In this document: positions 10,415 through 23,814 of the stretch, piece after piece
Layout: each line of letters begins with the position of its first letter
Position numbering within the stretch: the stretch's first letter is position 1
Assembly (NCBI GenBank): GCA_051294375.1
Contig: JBJCIZ010000744.1
Location: 2,157,541-2,190,545 of the forward strand
Direction: 5' to 3'
DNA from: Paraspadella gotoi
Taxonomy: Eukaryota > Animalia > Chaetognatha
DNA length: 33,005 nucleotides
Position numbers and translations under genes: made by a program
The notes under the pieces: generated by a model
What the model saw: only the letters and a program-made list of their open reading frames with translations
Database searches by the model: none
What the model was told of the DNA's origin: nothing

Positions 10415-10925
10415 GAAGTGGGTAGGGAAAGAGGTGAAGAGAGAGAGGGAGGGAGAGTGAGAGGGAGGAGGGAGAAAGAGAGAAGAGTAAATAGGGAGGG
10501 AAAAGAGTGGAAGAGAGAGAGAGGAGAGTAGAGGGAGGATGGAGGGGGAGAAAGAGAGGAGAGTAAGTTAGGGTGAGGGAAAGGAGGTGGGGGGAAGAGA
10601 GAAGGGAAGGAGAGTGAGAGGGAGGGGGGGAGGGCGGAGAAAGAGAGAGAAGTAAGTTAGGGTGAGGGAAAGGATGGTGGGGAGAGAGAGAGGGAGAGGA
10701 GAGTGAGAGGGAAGGAGGAGGGAGAAAAGAGAGAGAGGTAAGTTAGTGAGGGGAAAGGAGTGGGGAGAGAGAGAGGGAGAGGGAGAGTTGTGAGAGGGAG
10801 GGAGGAGGGAGAAAGAGAGAGTAAGTTAGATGGTGAGGGAAAGGAAATGTTGGGGAGATAGAGAGGAGGGATGAGAGGAGAGAATGAGAGAGAGAGACGA
10901 GAGAGAGAGGACGAGAGAGAGAGAA
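10415..10925. repeat. ~88-bp polypurine minisatellite, ~5-6 degenerate copies
   Basis: A gtaagttagggtgagggaaagga-like anchor at ~10563, 10652, 10738 and 10820; largely replaced by an N gap in copy B. Confidence 0.8.
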
Positions 10926-13900
10926 CAGACAGACTGATTATTTCATTATTAATATTGATGACCCAATTACAATATTTGACAATTATAAACATTTTTTTAT
11001 TTTCTAATGTAGTTGTAAAATACATTCTCGAGTAAAAACAAGATATATTTAATAAAACGACAAATTTGGCCCTTCTTAAAAAAAACCCAAAAAAAACAAA
11101 AAACAACAATGAAAACGACGACGACGACGACGACGACGAAATAAAGACAAAAAATTTTCGCGTCGCGTTTTTCAATTTTTTTTTTAAATTAAATTTTCTG
11201 GCAAAAAAATTATGTTTTTTTTTTCTAAAAAAATTCTTTTTTCATCGTATTTTGCTTCTCGGATGGCCTGGCTCCGCAGCACCACCGTGCAAAGATCAAA
11301 AAAAATATTTTTCCTTATGAATTTAATTTTGTGCTTGGGAGGAAGGACGAGGGAGAAAAGAAAAGAAGGGGCAGAGGGAAATAGAGAAGAGAACGAGATG
11401 CAGAAAAACAGTAAATTGACAAAACAAAAAACTAAAGCAGAAATTAAAAAATATGCTAAAAACAGTGGAGTTTTCAGCTCGGGGTGCGACAAAGATTAGC
11501 CCCAGAAAAATGTTTACTGTTTGACCGGGTATTCAGATACAGCAGCAAGGTTTACATATTAGGGCAGGGTCAGAATAAAGTCACTAGTCTCTAGCCGGTT
11601 TTGGGATATTAAGGGAAGCTGAGCACAGGTTCACAGTGCGGTTGTGGGCAGCTTGTCGCAAGCTCAAAAATTTTTTTTTACATACGCAAAAATGTAATGA
11701 TATCACATTAAGATTTTGTGAAAAAATTCGCCCATTTATAAACTTCAGATTACTAAATTTCGAATTGCTTAATAGACAAAAAGATAGAATATAATGAGCG
11801 CGTCTAACTGTAGAATGTTAAGCTTGTGCTTCACAGGAAGAGAGAGAAGAGAGAATGAGGAGAGAGAGAGAGACAGAAGCGTTCGGCGACGGGAACCGCG
11901 AACGGTCGCCTCGGGACGACCGGCGCGTTGCCGACTGAAGCGTCACCTTGGCAACGACGCTGCTGGTACCCCGAGCGCAACCGTGGGTGACGAAGTCCCG
12001 AAGGCTGAGAAGAAGAGACTCTAGAGAAGAGAAGAGAGGAGGAGATGGAGAGAACAGAGGAGATGAAGAGTGGGATAGAGGAGATATGGTGAGCGGAGAG
12101 TGATCCAAGGATGAATGGAGGGAGTAGTGAAGAAATGGGTAGCCGAAGGGTTCTATTGATATGAAGACTAATTCCTTAAGAAATTTTAAAGTAGCTCGGT
12201 AATGAAGTGAGTGTGTGCGGTCTGGATATTTCCCATTGCTATGGTCGCGGCACGTTACAGAAATACCTGAAAAAACCAGTGAGTCAACCAAATGACTCAT
12301 AAAACTCTCAAGGAAAGAAGCTAATACATACTCCGATTCATCATTGCGATTGATCCGTGGTAAAATTTTTGAAAAATAATCAGTCTATGATATTGTGAAA
12401 AATCAAAAAAAAGAAAATCTTTTTTAAGTTGATCAGTCACAAGAGTTTGTCTCTTGATTTGTCGTTACTTGAATTTTTTTCCAGAAGAACAGTTAAATTA
12501 AAACGAAAGACATATAATTTTTGATAAGTTTGTTATACTCATCTAGTACTGACTGATCGCGGCTAATAGTATATAAATATGAATCGATGAAGCTGTCATC
12601 AATGTTTTAAATATATCCCCAAAGAATAGTAATATATTGTGGTATTATTTGTGTAAATCGATATCTGCCAATGGATGTTGTTTGACTTAATGAAGCGGAC
12701 CCCACTCTAGGGGTACTGGAAGATTAATTGACCCGAAATCGCGGATCGCCAGTGTGGGACTCCTTTAAAACTCTTCAAGATGCGTCCAGTATGATCTCCT
12801 AGGAATCAACTGCATATCCTCACAATCGTACCTTATAAACATGATCAATTCCTACTCTCTCTCTTCTCTCTCTCTTCTCCTATCTCTGCTCTCCTCCTCT
12901 CGTCTCTCTCACACACACACACACACCACACACTCTCTCTCTCATAAACCTCTTCGCCCTAAAAACCCCTCTCAACCTTCCCCACCCCCCATTCCCGCAG
13001 ACCTACCCCTCCCCCTGCGCCCTTTCACCCCCTCCCCGTTCTTCCCCCTCGACATCGCACCAAGACCCTCACTTGTTTGAGACAAAGGTCACCACGCCCC
13101 CGCGACGCCGTTGATTCCCGATATCGGGGGTTCGCATCGGCGCACGTGACAACTGACGGAGAGAGAGAGTAGAGAAAGATAAAGAGAGAGAGGAGGAGAT
13201 GGAGAGAAGAGAAGAGAGAGGAGAGAGAGTAGACATAGAATTCGGAGATCGCGATCTCGTGCTACGGTTCCTTCGCCTCGCGGTTGGTCGACCTTCGAGG
13301 CGAAACGACGCGAGACGACGACTTGATCTGCAACGCGACGACGACCGACTGCACGACGCGACACGATCTGAGCGACGAGCGACGACGATAATGAATCCAG
13401 CGAGTCGGGTCCGACTCGAAGGTATCATGTTCCTTTACCGACATCTTCGTTGCCTCTACATTACTCTTTTTTATGCTCAAATTCACGCAGTTCCAGAAGC
13501 TCTCTCGGTCTCTCACTCTTCCTCTCTCTTTTTTAGTTGCGCCGCGGAGTACTCGCGAGCGAGCAACTCTATTAGGTCACTTTTTTGGTCCGTTCGGGTC
13601 CGTCGCCGTCCATAGGTATGTCGGTTTCGATCGGGCTTGAATGCCCACTTACGGTGTTTAAGAAAAATTGAGTTTTATTACAGAGTGTGCTAATTGTTTT
13701 GTTGTATGCCTGCAATTTAGTTGTTTACAAAATCAAATCCTAAGCGACTACTTTTGGGCGCCGCACTTTTTTGTTTTTTTAAAAAAAAGATAAGTAAAAT
13801 AAAAGGAAGGGCCGACGATGCGCAACAACCCTTATCAAAGATAGAGCCCATCTCCTTGTTCTTAGAGTCGAATGCCGGAGAAAAAAAGAAAACCGGATGC

Positions 13901-14349
13901 TGCTTTTTCCAAACTACATAGGGTTGTCAAAAGGATTGTATCGAAAGTGTGAGGACAAAAAAATGTATGTTGTAGCGAATGGCACAAGATGAAGGTCAAT
14001 ATGGTCAAGGGATAACAAATGTTAATCATTTTTTAGAACCTAAGGGGAACAATTCATCGCTTCCTCATATTCTATATTTAATTCATTCCGAGTGCTCTAT
14101 CTTGTAAATTCCATTGGAAAATAAGCTTTTCTCGCATAATTTAACAGTAGGAGGCAGACAATGGCGATGAATGAGGAGCGAAGAAAACATTCAAGGTAAA
14201 AATTGTTATAGGTTTCTGGTATTTTTTTCGGCCGGCACGGCACTAAATGAAAGATGGTTTGTTCTTCGTGTCAAGGCGTCTCCCGCGTCATTCGGGCTCA
14301 AAGAATCTCTGAACACGGGCGATTTGATGGGTCGCCACTCTTCGAAAGT

Positions 14350-14357
14350 ATCTCTTA

Positions 14358-14391
<34 letters not shown>

Positions 14392-14650
14392 CGCTCTTCT
14401 CTCGTCTCTCCTCTCTCTCTCTCTCTCTGCGTTCAATCTCTCCCACTACACCCCGCGGGAGGTTACTTTGCGTACATTTGAGAGTTAAATATGCAAAAAG
14501 AAGTTTGTTCTTCGCGCGTTCTTCGGACATTCGAAGATGTGAGAGGGCTGGATGAGGAAGGTATCGTGTACATGAGAGAAGAAAGAGAGAGAGAAGAGAG
14601 GAGAGAGAGAGGAAGAGCACGAGAGTGAAGAGCGAGAGAGAAGAGAAGAA
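14350..14650. other. second (CT)n-core-(GA)n cassette
   Basis: Inverted dinucleotide tracts around a ~150-bp core; homologs at ~27085-27358 (minus strand) and 31885-32140 (core is N). Confidence 0.75.
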
Positions 14651-15344
14651 GTAATTCGTGATATCAATTTCCCATTTGGAGGAAGCCACTTGATGTATCG
14701 GAAGGTAAGTTTTGACAACAAGACTGCGGCTCAAACTAAAATACGAAATATTAACGATATTACTTTTATGAAGTAAAAACTAACAGCTATTAGCTCACAA
14801 CAAACGTTTATTAAAAATTGTTAATGTGAACTTAATTTGTTTGTACTTGACTTTTATTATAAGCTTTGCAATCAAACAGTAGAAACCGGTCGTTTTCGAA
14901 CAGTTTTACGTTACAAAATTGTTCCGAACTTCGGGCCAAAGTGCAGCGCGGGACGGAGAGAATGAGAGATGTTAAAAATTTAGTTTTTTGACGATTTTCT
15001 TTTACAGGGTGAAAGAGAGAGAGACGAGAGAGAGGAGATGGCCATATGTTGTTTNNNNNNNNNNNNNNNNNNNNNNNNNNNNNNNNNNNNNNNNNNNNNN
15101 NNNNNNNNNNNNNNNNNNNNNNNNNNNNNNNNNNNNNNNNNNNNNNNNNNNNNNCTCACTCTTTCCCGGTTCCAATATGAAGCGTCGTCGTCGTAGTCAA
15201 CGACGATGAGGACGATGAAGCGGAAGGAAGGAAATGAAAAACAACCAAACGAGGGAGGAAGAGGGGGAGGAGGAGGAGGAGGAGGAAGAAGAAGGGGGAG
15301 GGAGAAATAGGGGGAAGAAGCGGTAGTGAGGGGAGAAGGACGGG

Positions 15345-15570
15345 AAAGGAAAGATTAGAAGGAAAGGGAGAGAGATGGATTAGAGAAATCGGAAGGGAGA
15401 CATTAAGATTATAAGGAATGGGATAGAGATGGATTAGAGAAATCGGAGGGAGACATTAAGATTAGAAGGAAAGGAAGAGAGATGGATTAGAGAAATCGGA
15501 GGGAGACATTAAGATAGGAAAAGAAAGGGAATCAGAGATGGATTAGAGAAAATCGGAGGGAGACATTAAA
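15345..15570. repeat. ~53-bp minisatellite, ~4 copies
   Basis: Same unit as 3645-4075. Confidence 0.92.
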
Positions 15571-15761
15571 ATTTAAGGAAAATGAAAGACGAATATATCA
15601 ACTCAGAGAACGTAAATGACAATGAAAAGAGACAAAACTTTCTGTGACTTTTGAAGATTAAAGAAAATATAGGAGGAAAAAATAAAGGAAAAATGACAAA
15701 AAAAAAGACAAAAACCGTCGAAATTAAGGAGAGAAGAAGAGAGAGAGAGAAGAAGAGAGAG

Positions 15762-15797
<36 letters not shown>

Positions 15798-15888
15798 TGG
15801 AGCAAAGGAGGAATTCGGGGTAAAGAAAAGGGAAAAAGAAGGAGAGAAGAAGCGAGAAAGAAGAGAGTGAGGAGAGAGAAGAGAGAGA

Positions 15889-15976
<88 letters not shown>

Positions 15977-16632
15977 GAAAGCGAGAAAAAACAGCAAAGA
16001 GACGGTTTATCGGAGACAGAAGGAAAACGAAAATGACGAATCTGTTTACTCGTTTTCTTTTTCCTTTTCTTTTTTCCTTTTTTTCATTTTTCCTTTTTTC
16101 TTTTTCCTTTTTCCCTTTTTCTTTTCTTTTCTGTCTGACTTTATTCCCTCTTTACGTCTTACCTAAATTATGTTAAAATCTTGCAAAATTGTTATTATTT
16201 TCTATTTACATTTGTTTGTATTCATTCCTCCTCTGTTTAAAACTGCGTTAAAACTAAAATAGTGGTAACAAAAATGAGATTCTGTTCATCAATCACATTA
16301 ACATATAGTAAAAAAGTATGCATATCAAAATAATAGCAGCAAAGAACTGAGGCTCAGTCAAACGAAATCCAAATCTTAACCTGAGCTAATCCAAATCTTT
16401 AAGAGCTAATCAAATTCGTCTCTTATTGATTGTCTATATTTAATTGTCTTCAAGCATTTTTTATTCTAATTTCGTTCTTTAAATTATTTCTAGTATCAAC
16501 ATCCTTTTTTTTCTAACTCAAAAGTTTGTCTTTCTCTTTTCTTCATTTCTTTTCCTATCTATCCCTTTTTTCCTCCCCTTGTTTACTCCCGCTTTCCTCT
16601 CTCTCCTCTCTTCTCTCTATCCCTCTCTCTCC

Positions 16633-16665
<33 letters not shown>

Positions 16666-16764
16666 TCTCTCTCTCTCCGTCTTTCTCTCTCTCTCCCGCC
16701 CGGAAAAGATTGAAAATCTATAAACGTGAAGAGAAAAAAAAACTTAAATTCTCTCCGAGAATAT

Positions 16765-17460
16765 CCGGTTTTAAAAGAATGTTGGGGAAGAGGCAGTTTG
16801 GTATTAAGAGGTTTTGGGGAAGGGTGTTCGGTTTTAAGAGATGTTGGGGAAAGAGGCAGTTTGTATTAAGAAGGTTTTGGAGAAAGGTGTTCGGTTTTTA
16901 AGAGATTGTCGGGAAAGAGGCAGTTTGGTCTTAAAGAGGTTTTGGAGTAGTTCGTTTTAAGAATGTTGGGGAAAGAGAGTTTGGTATAAGAGGATTGTAA
17001 AGGGTTGCGGTTTAAGAGAATGTTGGGAAAGAGGCAGTTTGGTATTAAGAGGTCTGTTGGGTAAAGGGTGTGTTCGGTTTTAAGAGATGTTGGGAAAGAG
17101 TGCAGTTTGGTATTTAAGTTAGGTTTTGGTAAAGGGTGTCGTTGTTTTTAAGATGATTGGGTGAAGAGCAGTTTTGTAATTAAGAGTTTGGGGAAAGGTT
17201 CGGTTTTAAGAGATGAGGAAAGAAGGAACTAGGCTTTGGTATTAAGCGTTTTGGGAAGGGTCGAGTTTAAGTAGATAGGAAAGAGCAGTTTTGGTAAATT
17301 AAGAGGTTTGTGGGGAAGGGGTTCGTTATAAGAGATGTTGGAAAGAGCGCAGTTGGTATTAAGAGGTTTGGGAAAGGGTGGTCGTTAAGATGTGAAGAGG
17401 CATTTGGTATTAAGGAGGTTTTGGGGAAAGGGTGTTCGGTTTATAAGAGATGTTGGGGAG
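16765..17460. repeat. ~62-bp minisatellite, ~11 copies
   Basis: Same unit as 5249-5548; a gcagtttggtattaag-like anchor recurs ~11 times. Confidence 0.9.
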
Positions 17461-18122
17461 ACGAAATTAAAAGATATATATTTGAGAAAGAGCTAATTAG
17501 TTTTGAGATATGTTCCTGCAGAAGCCTGTTACATTTTTTATATTGTTTGTACCAATTTCATAGGTTTTTTAGAAAAATTAAAGTCGGATCAGTTCGGTTG
17601 AAAAAGATTTTAAGTTTTACACTTGGAGAATGGAGGAGTCCCGCACTGGGTTAGAGAGTTTGAGTTGTTAGCTCGGGTGAGTCCAATTCTAAAAGGCTGC
17701 AGTCACGAGGAGACTGATTTTAAGATCGGTTGGGGGAGGAAATTGCGAATGAAGGGATAGGAAAGGATAGGATTGGATAGTATAAGATAGCAAAGGGAAT
17801 AAGACATGTCCAAAATAAAAGTGACTTGGAACAGACGTTCGGTTCTGTTCTGACTTTTAGATGACCTCTCTTCCTTTGTTCCTTTCTTTCTCATGTCTGC
17901 TCCGTAACCAACCTCGTCATTTGCTTGGTTGAGGACTCCTTCCCGTTTACAAGCATAGTAACACCTTGCAAGCTTTTCAATATCTCAAATGTAATTACGA
18001 ATTTTGTGAGTGTAAATATGTATAATTATTTTTTGTAAAGTTTTAGTCAAAACAAAAAGAAAAAAACAAAAAAAATCCACGAAGGATATTTTTTTTTTTC
18101 AATCTCGCGTTTATGGTCTTTT

Positions 18123-18164
<42 letters not shown>

Positions 18165-18245
18165 TCGCCTACGCTTAGCGAGATCCGGGGAGACACTTTT
18201 TCTCTCTCTCCCCGGGAGATTAAGGATATGAAATGCGCCAAAAAT

Positions 18246-18279
<34 letters not shown>

Positions 18280-18380
18280 ACGGACGACGACGAACGACGA
18301 AGCACAGAGCACAAAAGCGAAAGGTGACGGGAAAGAATTTCGGTTTATATGGGGTCGACGCGAGATCGCTCCGGGAGGCG

Positions 18381-18458
<78 letters not shown>

Positions 18459-18496
18459 GTACATAAATAGAGTGAGTTTTTTTCTCCTCTCGGCGC

Positions 18497-18537
<41 letters not shown>

Positions 18538-19318
18538 AGAGAGAGAGAGAGAAGAGGAGAGAGAGAGAGAGAGGAGAAGAGAGTCTCGGCGCCGTGGCTC
18601 CAATCTCCGGCGCGCGACCTTGATCGCGACTTGCTCCGCAGAGGCAATGAGGGGAAAAAACGCACAAGACAGTGCCGCGCCGAAGGGTGATTCGAGGTGT
18701 GGTGTCAGGGTGGTTGGGGGTGGTTTAAGGGTGTTAGGGGGTGCGATGGAGGGATGGTTAGATGGATTAAGGGGCGAAGGAGTTAGATTCGAAAGAAGGG
18801 AGAAGAGAAACGCTAGAACAAAATTGAAAAAAGAGCGACGAAGAATTTGGAAATAATAAAGAATAAAAAGTCGTTTAACGTGTTTACTATTTAATTATTT
18901 AAATATAAGTAAATTCATAATCGGGTAATTTAGTTATATGATGAATAATATGAAAGTTAAACGAAAGGAACTTAGAATAGATAGAAGATATTTGCGCGGA
19001 TTTTAATATTTTAATTAATATATTTTTGAAATATTTTTTAATAGTATTTATTTTATTTTACGTTTAACGGCGATTAATGTGCATGTGTAGGGTAGAGGTC
19101 TGTGGGTAGAGTGGTGAGACCGTGGGTGTTGGTTCGTTTGTGGTTGATGAGTGTTGTGGGTTTCGTGCCGGGTCTTGTGGGTCTTGTGGTTCTTGTGGTT
19201 TGTGCTCCGAAGGAAAGGGTTTTGGGAATGTCTTCGAGTTGGAAACAAAATCGTCGCAGCGTAAAACTCGATAAAATGTGGATTTTTCTTCGAGGAAAAA
19301 GAAAGGAAAAAGAAAAGA

Positions 19319-19363
<45 letters not shown>

Positions 19364-19406
19364 AGAAGAATGAAAGAAAGAAGAAAGAAAAATAGAAAGG
19401 AAAGAA

Positions 19407-19450
<44 letters not shown>

Positions 19451-20382
19451 AGAAAGAAAGAAAGAAAGAAGAAAAAAGAAAGAAAGAAAACGGACATCAA
19501 TGATAAGAGAAAACGAAGAATTGAATTATAGAACAATTAATGTTATATTTCAAATATTTATATTACACTACATATGAGAAGTTATAGAAAGGGGACGACA
19601 ACGAATGATGACAACGCTGTCCAACCAGAACGTCAAACATTACTACGACATATGACGACGATGACAAGGAAATGACGAAGACGACATCGTGACACAAAGA
19701 AGACTGAGAACGACGGACGACGATCAACGATGAAGATGACAACGATGATGACGACGGACGACGACGATCAAAATGATGAAGTGACGACGATGACAACGAC
19801 AGCGATGACAATGACGAGCAAACAATAAGATGAACAACGCGACGACAACGACGACGACAACAAAGATGACAAGTAAATGACGACGACAACACGATCGACG
19901 ACAAACGCAGATATTATAGATGAGACGACGACGACGACGACGACGACTCTCTCGCTTCGACGCCAGAAAAAAAATTTGCATTCAGGACGAAGGAAATTTA
20001 ATGAGGGAAGTAAACCGAAAATCCAGGGGCGTTAGGGGGCGGTGGAAGGGGGGGAAATGCGAGGGGTGAGGGAGGAGGGTGTGGAGAGGGAAAGGGGATA
20101 AGGGGAGAGTGTGGCGGCGAATGTGGAGAAAGTGTGGTTCCTGAGATGTGGGGAGGAGAAATGGTGTGGTCTAGAAGAGGGCGACTAATGATAAGGGGGC
20201 GATTAAGAAAGAGGATGGGGTCTAGAGGAGGGCGACTAAGAAGAGGATGGGGTCTAGAAGAGGGAGACTAAAAAGAGGATGGGGTCTAGAGGAGGGCGAC
20301 TAAGAAAGTCACGGATGATGTCGTATTTAGAGAAGATTAGGCTTTAGGGGTAAAAGTTGAAATGAAGGAATCATGAATCTAG

Positions 20383-20777
20383 AATTGAGTGTGTTAACAA
20401 CGCTGTTGGTGAATTGATGTTCGTTAGTATTGAGTGTGTGTTACCTAACTGTTGTTGAATTGAGTGTGTTACCAACGCTGTTGTGGAATTTGAGTGGTGT
20501 TACCAACCGTGTGTGAATTGAGTGTGTTACAACGCTGTTGTGAATTGAGTGTGTTCAACCACTGTTGTGAATTGAGTGTGTTACCAACCTGTTGGTGAAT
20601 TGAGTTGTTACCAACCGACTGTTGTGAATTGAGTGTGTTACCCAACACTGTTGGTGAAATTGAGTGGTTACCAACTAGTGTTGGTGAATTGAGTGTGTTA
20701 CAACACTGTTGGTGAATTGAGTGTGTTACCGAAACACTGTTGGTGAGAGATTGAGTGTGTTACCAACACTGTTGGTG
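20383..20777. repeat. 29-bp palindromic minisatellite, ~13-14 copies
   Basis: Same unit as 8563-8950. Confidence 0.93.
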
Positions 20778-21726
20778 TGTTGGGAGATGAATTGAAGGTT
20801 AAAAGTCGAAGGCTGAGAAGTTTTAAACACAATAAACTTGATAGTCTTGATTGAAAAGGTTGCCAGCATGCGGCTCGGAAATTGGCCAACCAATATAAAA
20901 ATTTCTGTCCTCAAACTTTGAAAGTTGAAGGCTCTTACAGCATGTTCCTGCAGCTGTAATTCATTCTATAATAAGCCCTAAATCCCCGGTTATTATCTTG
21001 TTAGAGAGTTCAATGCCTTATTAGATTACATTACCTTACATTACCATGAATATAAAATAATAAATGTTATGCGGGAGAGAAGATGTTGGATCGAAAGAGA
21101 GAAGAAGGTCGATCATAATTTATTTCTCCTTCGAGAATTTGCGTCTTCGTCGTCGTTGTCGTCTTCGTAGTTGTCATCGTCGTCTTTCTTGGCCGAGTTG
21201 TCGTTTGGAGTTTTTGACTTTTTCGTTTTTGTCGTCATCGTCGTCGTCATAGTTTTCGTATTTGTCGTCTTTTCTCATTTTACGTTAGTCTCTTTCTTCG
21301 TCAATGTCGTCATTCAAAGTTTTCACGATTGTCGTTCGGTGACGTGATTGTAATTTTTTATCTTCTGCCTTGACGTCATTGTAGTTTTCATTATTGTTTG
21401 ACGGTTTTTGTTCAGACTTTTAAAATTACGATTTCGTGATCGAAATTGAGGTGAAAGTGATTCACGATTAGAGCCTCACTTTCACTTTCACGATATCAAT
21501 CGGGGATTAAATATTTTCATTCTAATTCCGTCAATTAAAAACTCACTTTCGCTCTTGTTAGCTAATTGAAGTGTTTTTCGTTTAACTATTAGCAAAATAC
21601 ATCACACTTTATCGATTAATAAATATTGATTAATCTTCCATTATGAAACTAAAAACATAATTAAATCGATTTATTACGGCGACGACTCTGACGATGAGGA
21701 AAAACGAGATTTTCGACTGGAAATGA

Positions 21727-21729
<3 letters not shown>

Positions 21730-21773
<44 letters not shown>

Positions 21774-21775
21774 TC

Positions 21776-21810
<35 letters not shown>

Positions 21811-22080
21811 TCTCTCTCGCCCATTCTAAATTCCCCCAACGCGCGTTTGCTCTTGCTAAATCTCTCTCGTTCCAAGGGGGGACAGCGACACGTGTTGAGG
21901 AGGTTTAGAGAGAGAGAGAGAGAGAGAGAGAGGAGGAGAGAGAGAAGACACGTGCGTGGTGGAGACGCGCGGTGACGTTATATGGTGTTCGCCGGAGGAA
22001 ATGGAGGGAATCGATTTTTGAGACAGAGTCACAGTTTGTAAGAGGTGGAGGAAGAGAGAGAGAGAGAGCAGAGGAGGAGG
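21730..22080 (-). other. (CT)n-core-(GA)n cassette, orientation 2 (inverted relative to copy A)
   Basis: gcccattctaaattcccccaac...gagacagagtcacagtttgtaagaggtg is the reverse complement of the copy A core. Confidence 0.85.
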
Positions 22081-22641
22081 NNNNNNNNNNNNNNNNNNNN
22101 NNNNNNNNNNNNNNNNNNNNNNNNNNNNNNNNNNNNNNNNNNNNNNNNNNNNNNNNNNNNNNNNNNNNNNNNNNNNNNNNNNNNNNNNNNNNNNNNNNNN
22201 GTTGATTAATCGAAGTGATCATGGACGTCGGCCATCTTCAAGTTTCCTCCCTTTTCTCGATTGCTCAAACCTGATCTTTCCTCTTTTCCTCCTCTTCCTC
22301 CTCCTATTCGATTTCACCCTCGGATTCCTCTTCTTTTCCTCGATTCTCTGGCTCCTTATGTTTCTTTCCTCGCGGGAGTAAGTTTGGGTGAGGGAAAGGA
22401 GGTGGGGGGAGANNNNNNNNNNNNNNNNNNNNNNNNNNNNNNNNNNNNNNNNNNNNNNNNNNNNNNNNNNNNNNNNNNNNNNNNNNNNNNNNNNNNNNNN
22501 NNNNNNNNNNNNNNNNNNNNNNNNNNNNNNNNNNNNNNNNNNNNNNNNNNNNNNNNNNNNNNNNNNNNNNNNNNNNNNNNNNNNNNNNNNNNNNNNNNNN
22601 NNNNNNNNNNNNNNNNNNNNNNNNNNNNNNNNNNNNNNNNN

Positions 22642-22680
<39 letters not shown>

Positions 22681-23257
22681 TGATTATTTCATTATTAATA
22701 TTATGACCCAATTTCAATATTTTTACATTATAACATTTTTTTTTATTTTCTAATGTAGTGTAAAATACATTCTCGGTAAAAACAAGATATATTTAATAAA
22801 AGACGACAAATTTGCCTTCTTAAAAAAAACCAAAAAAAACAGAAAAACAACAATGAAAACGACGACGACGACGACGACGACGAAATAAAGACAAAAAATT
22901 TCGCGTCGCGTTTTTCAATTTTTTTTTTAAATTAAATTTTCTGGCAAAAAAAATTATGTTTTTTTTTTCTAAAAAAAATTCTTTTTTCATCTTATTTTTC
23001 TTCTCCGGATGCCTGGCTCCGCAGCACCACCGTGGCAAAGATCAAAAAAATATTTCCTTTATGAATTTAATTTTGTGCTTGGGAGGGAGAGGGAGAGGGA
23101 GAAAAGAAAAGAAGGGGCAGAGGGAAATAGAGAGAGCGAGATGCAGAAAAACAGTAAATTGACAAAACAAAATAACAGTGAAATTTCTAAAAACAGTGAG
23201 TTTTCAGCTCGGGTTGCGACCAAAGATTAGCAGAAATGTTACTGTGAGGGATCAGAT

Positions 23258-23345
23258 ACTAGCAGCAAGTTTAGATATTGGCAGCAAGTTCACAGTTCGG
23301 GTTTGGATATTGGCAGCAAGTTCACAGTGCGGGTGGGCAGCTTGT
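23258..23345. repeat. short ~31-bp tandem repeat, 2-3 copies
   Basis: gatattggcagcaagttcacagt(t/g)cgggt occurs twice, plus a partial copy; noisy equivalent at ~11535-11650. Confidence 0.75.
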
Positions 23346-23497
23346 CAAGCTCAAAATTTTAAACGCGAAAATATCCATTAAGATTTGAAACAAAATCTGC
23401 CCATATAAACTCAGATACTAAATTCTAATTGCTAATAGACAAAAAATAGAATATAATGTTGAGCGCGTCTAACTTTTAGAATTAAGCTTCTCACAGT

Positions 23498-23535
<38 letters not shown>

Positions 23536-23777
23536 CGTCGGCGACGGGGACGCGAACGTCGCCTTGACGACCCGGCGCGTTCCGACTAAGCGTCACCTTG
23601 GCAACGACGCTTGTGGTACCCGAGCGCAACGTTGTGTGACGAAGTCCGAAGGCTGAGNNNNNNNNNNNNNNNNNNNNNNNNNNNNNNNNNNNNNNNNNNN
23701 NNNNNNNNNNNNNNNNNNNNNNNNNNNNNNNNNNNNNNNNNNNNNNNNNNNNNNNNNNNNNNNNNNNNNNNNNNNNN

Positions 23778-23814
<37 letters not shown>

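Larger units (their letters stand above)
3463..15054 (+). repeat. copy A of a large (>12 kb) non-coding complex repeat unit
   Basis: 3463-~12860 is collinear with 15155-24345; ~13370-14940 is collinear with 31073-32386; parts recur reverse-complemented in 26800-31047. Shared anchors include ctcactctttcccggttcca and gggtccgactcgaagg. Confidence 0.92.

Noticed and set aside
11500-12850. Accelerated divergence between copies A and B here
   Set aside because: Differences are mostly scattered small indels (A insertion-rich, B shorter), consistent with unpolished read error, so true divergence cannot be estimated.
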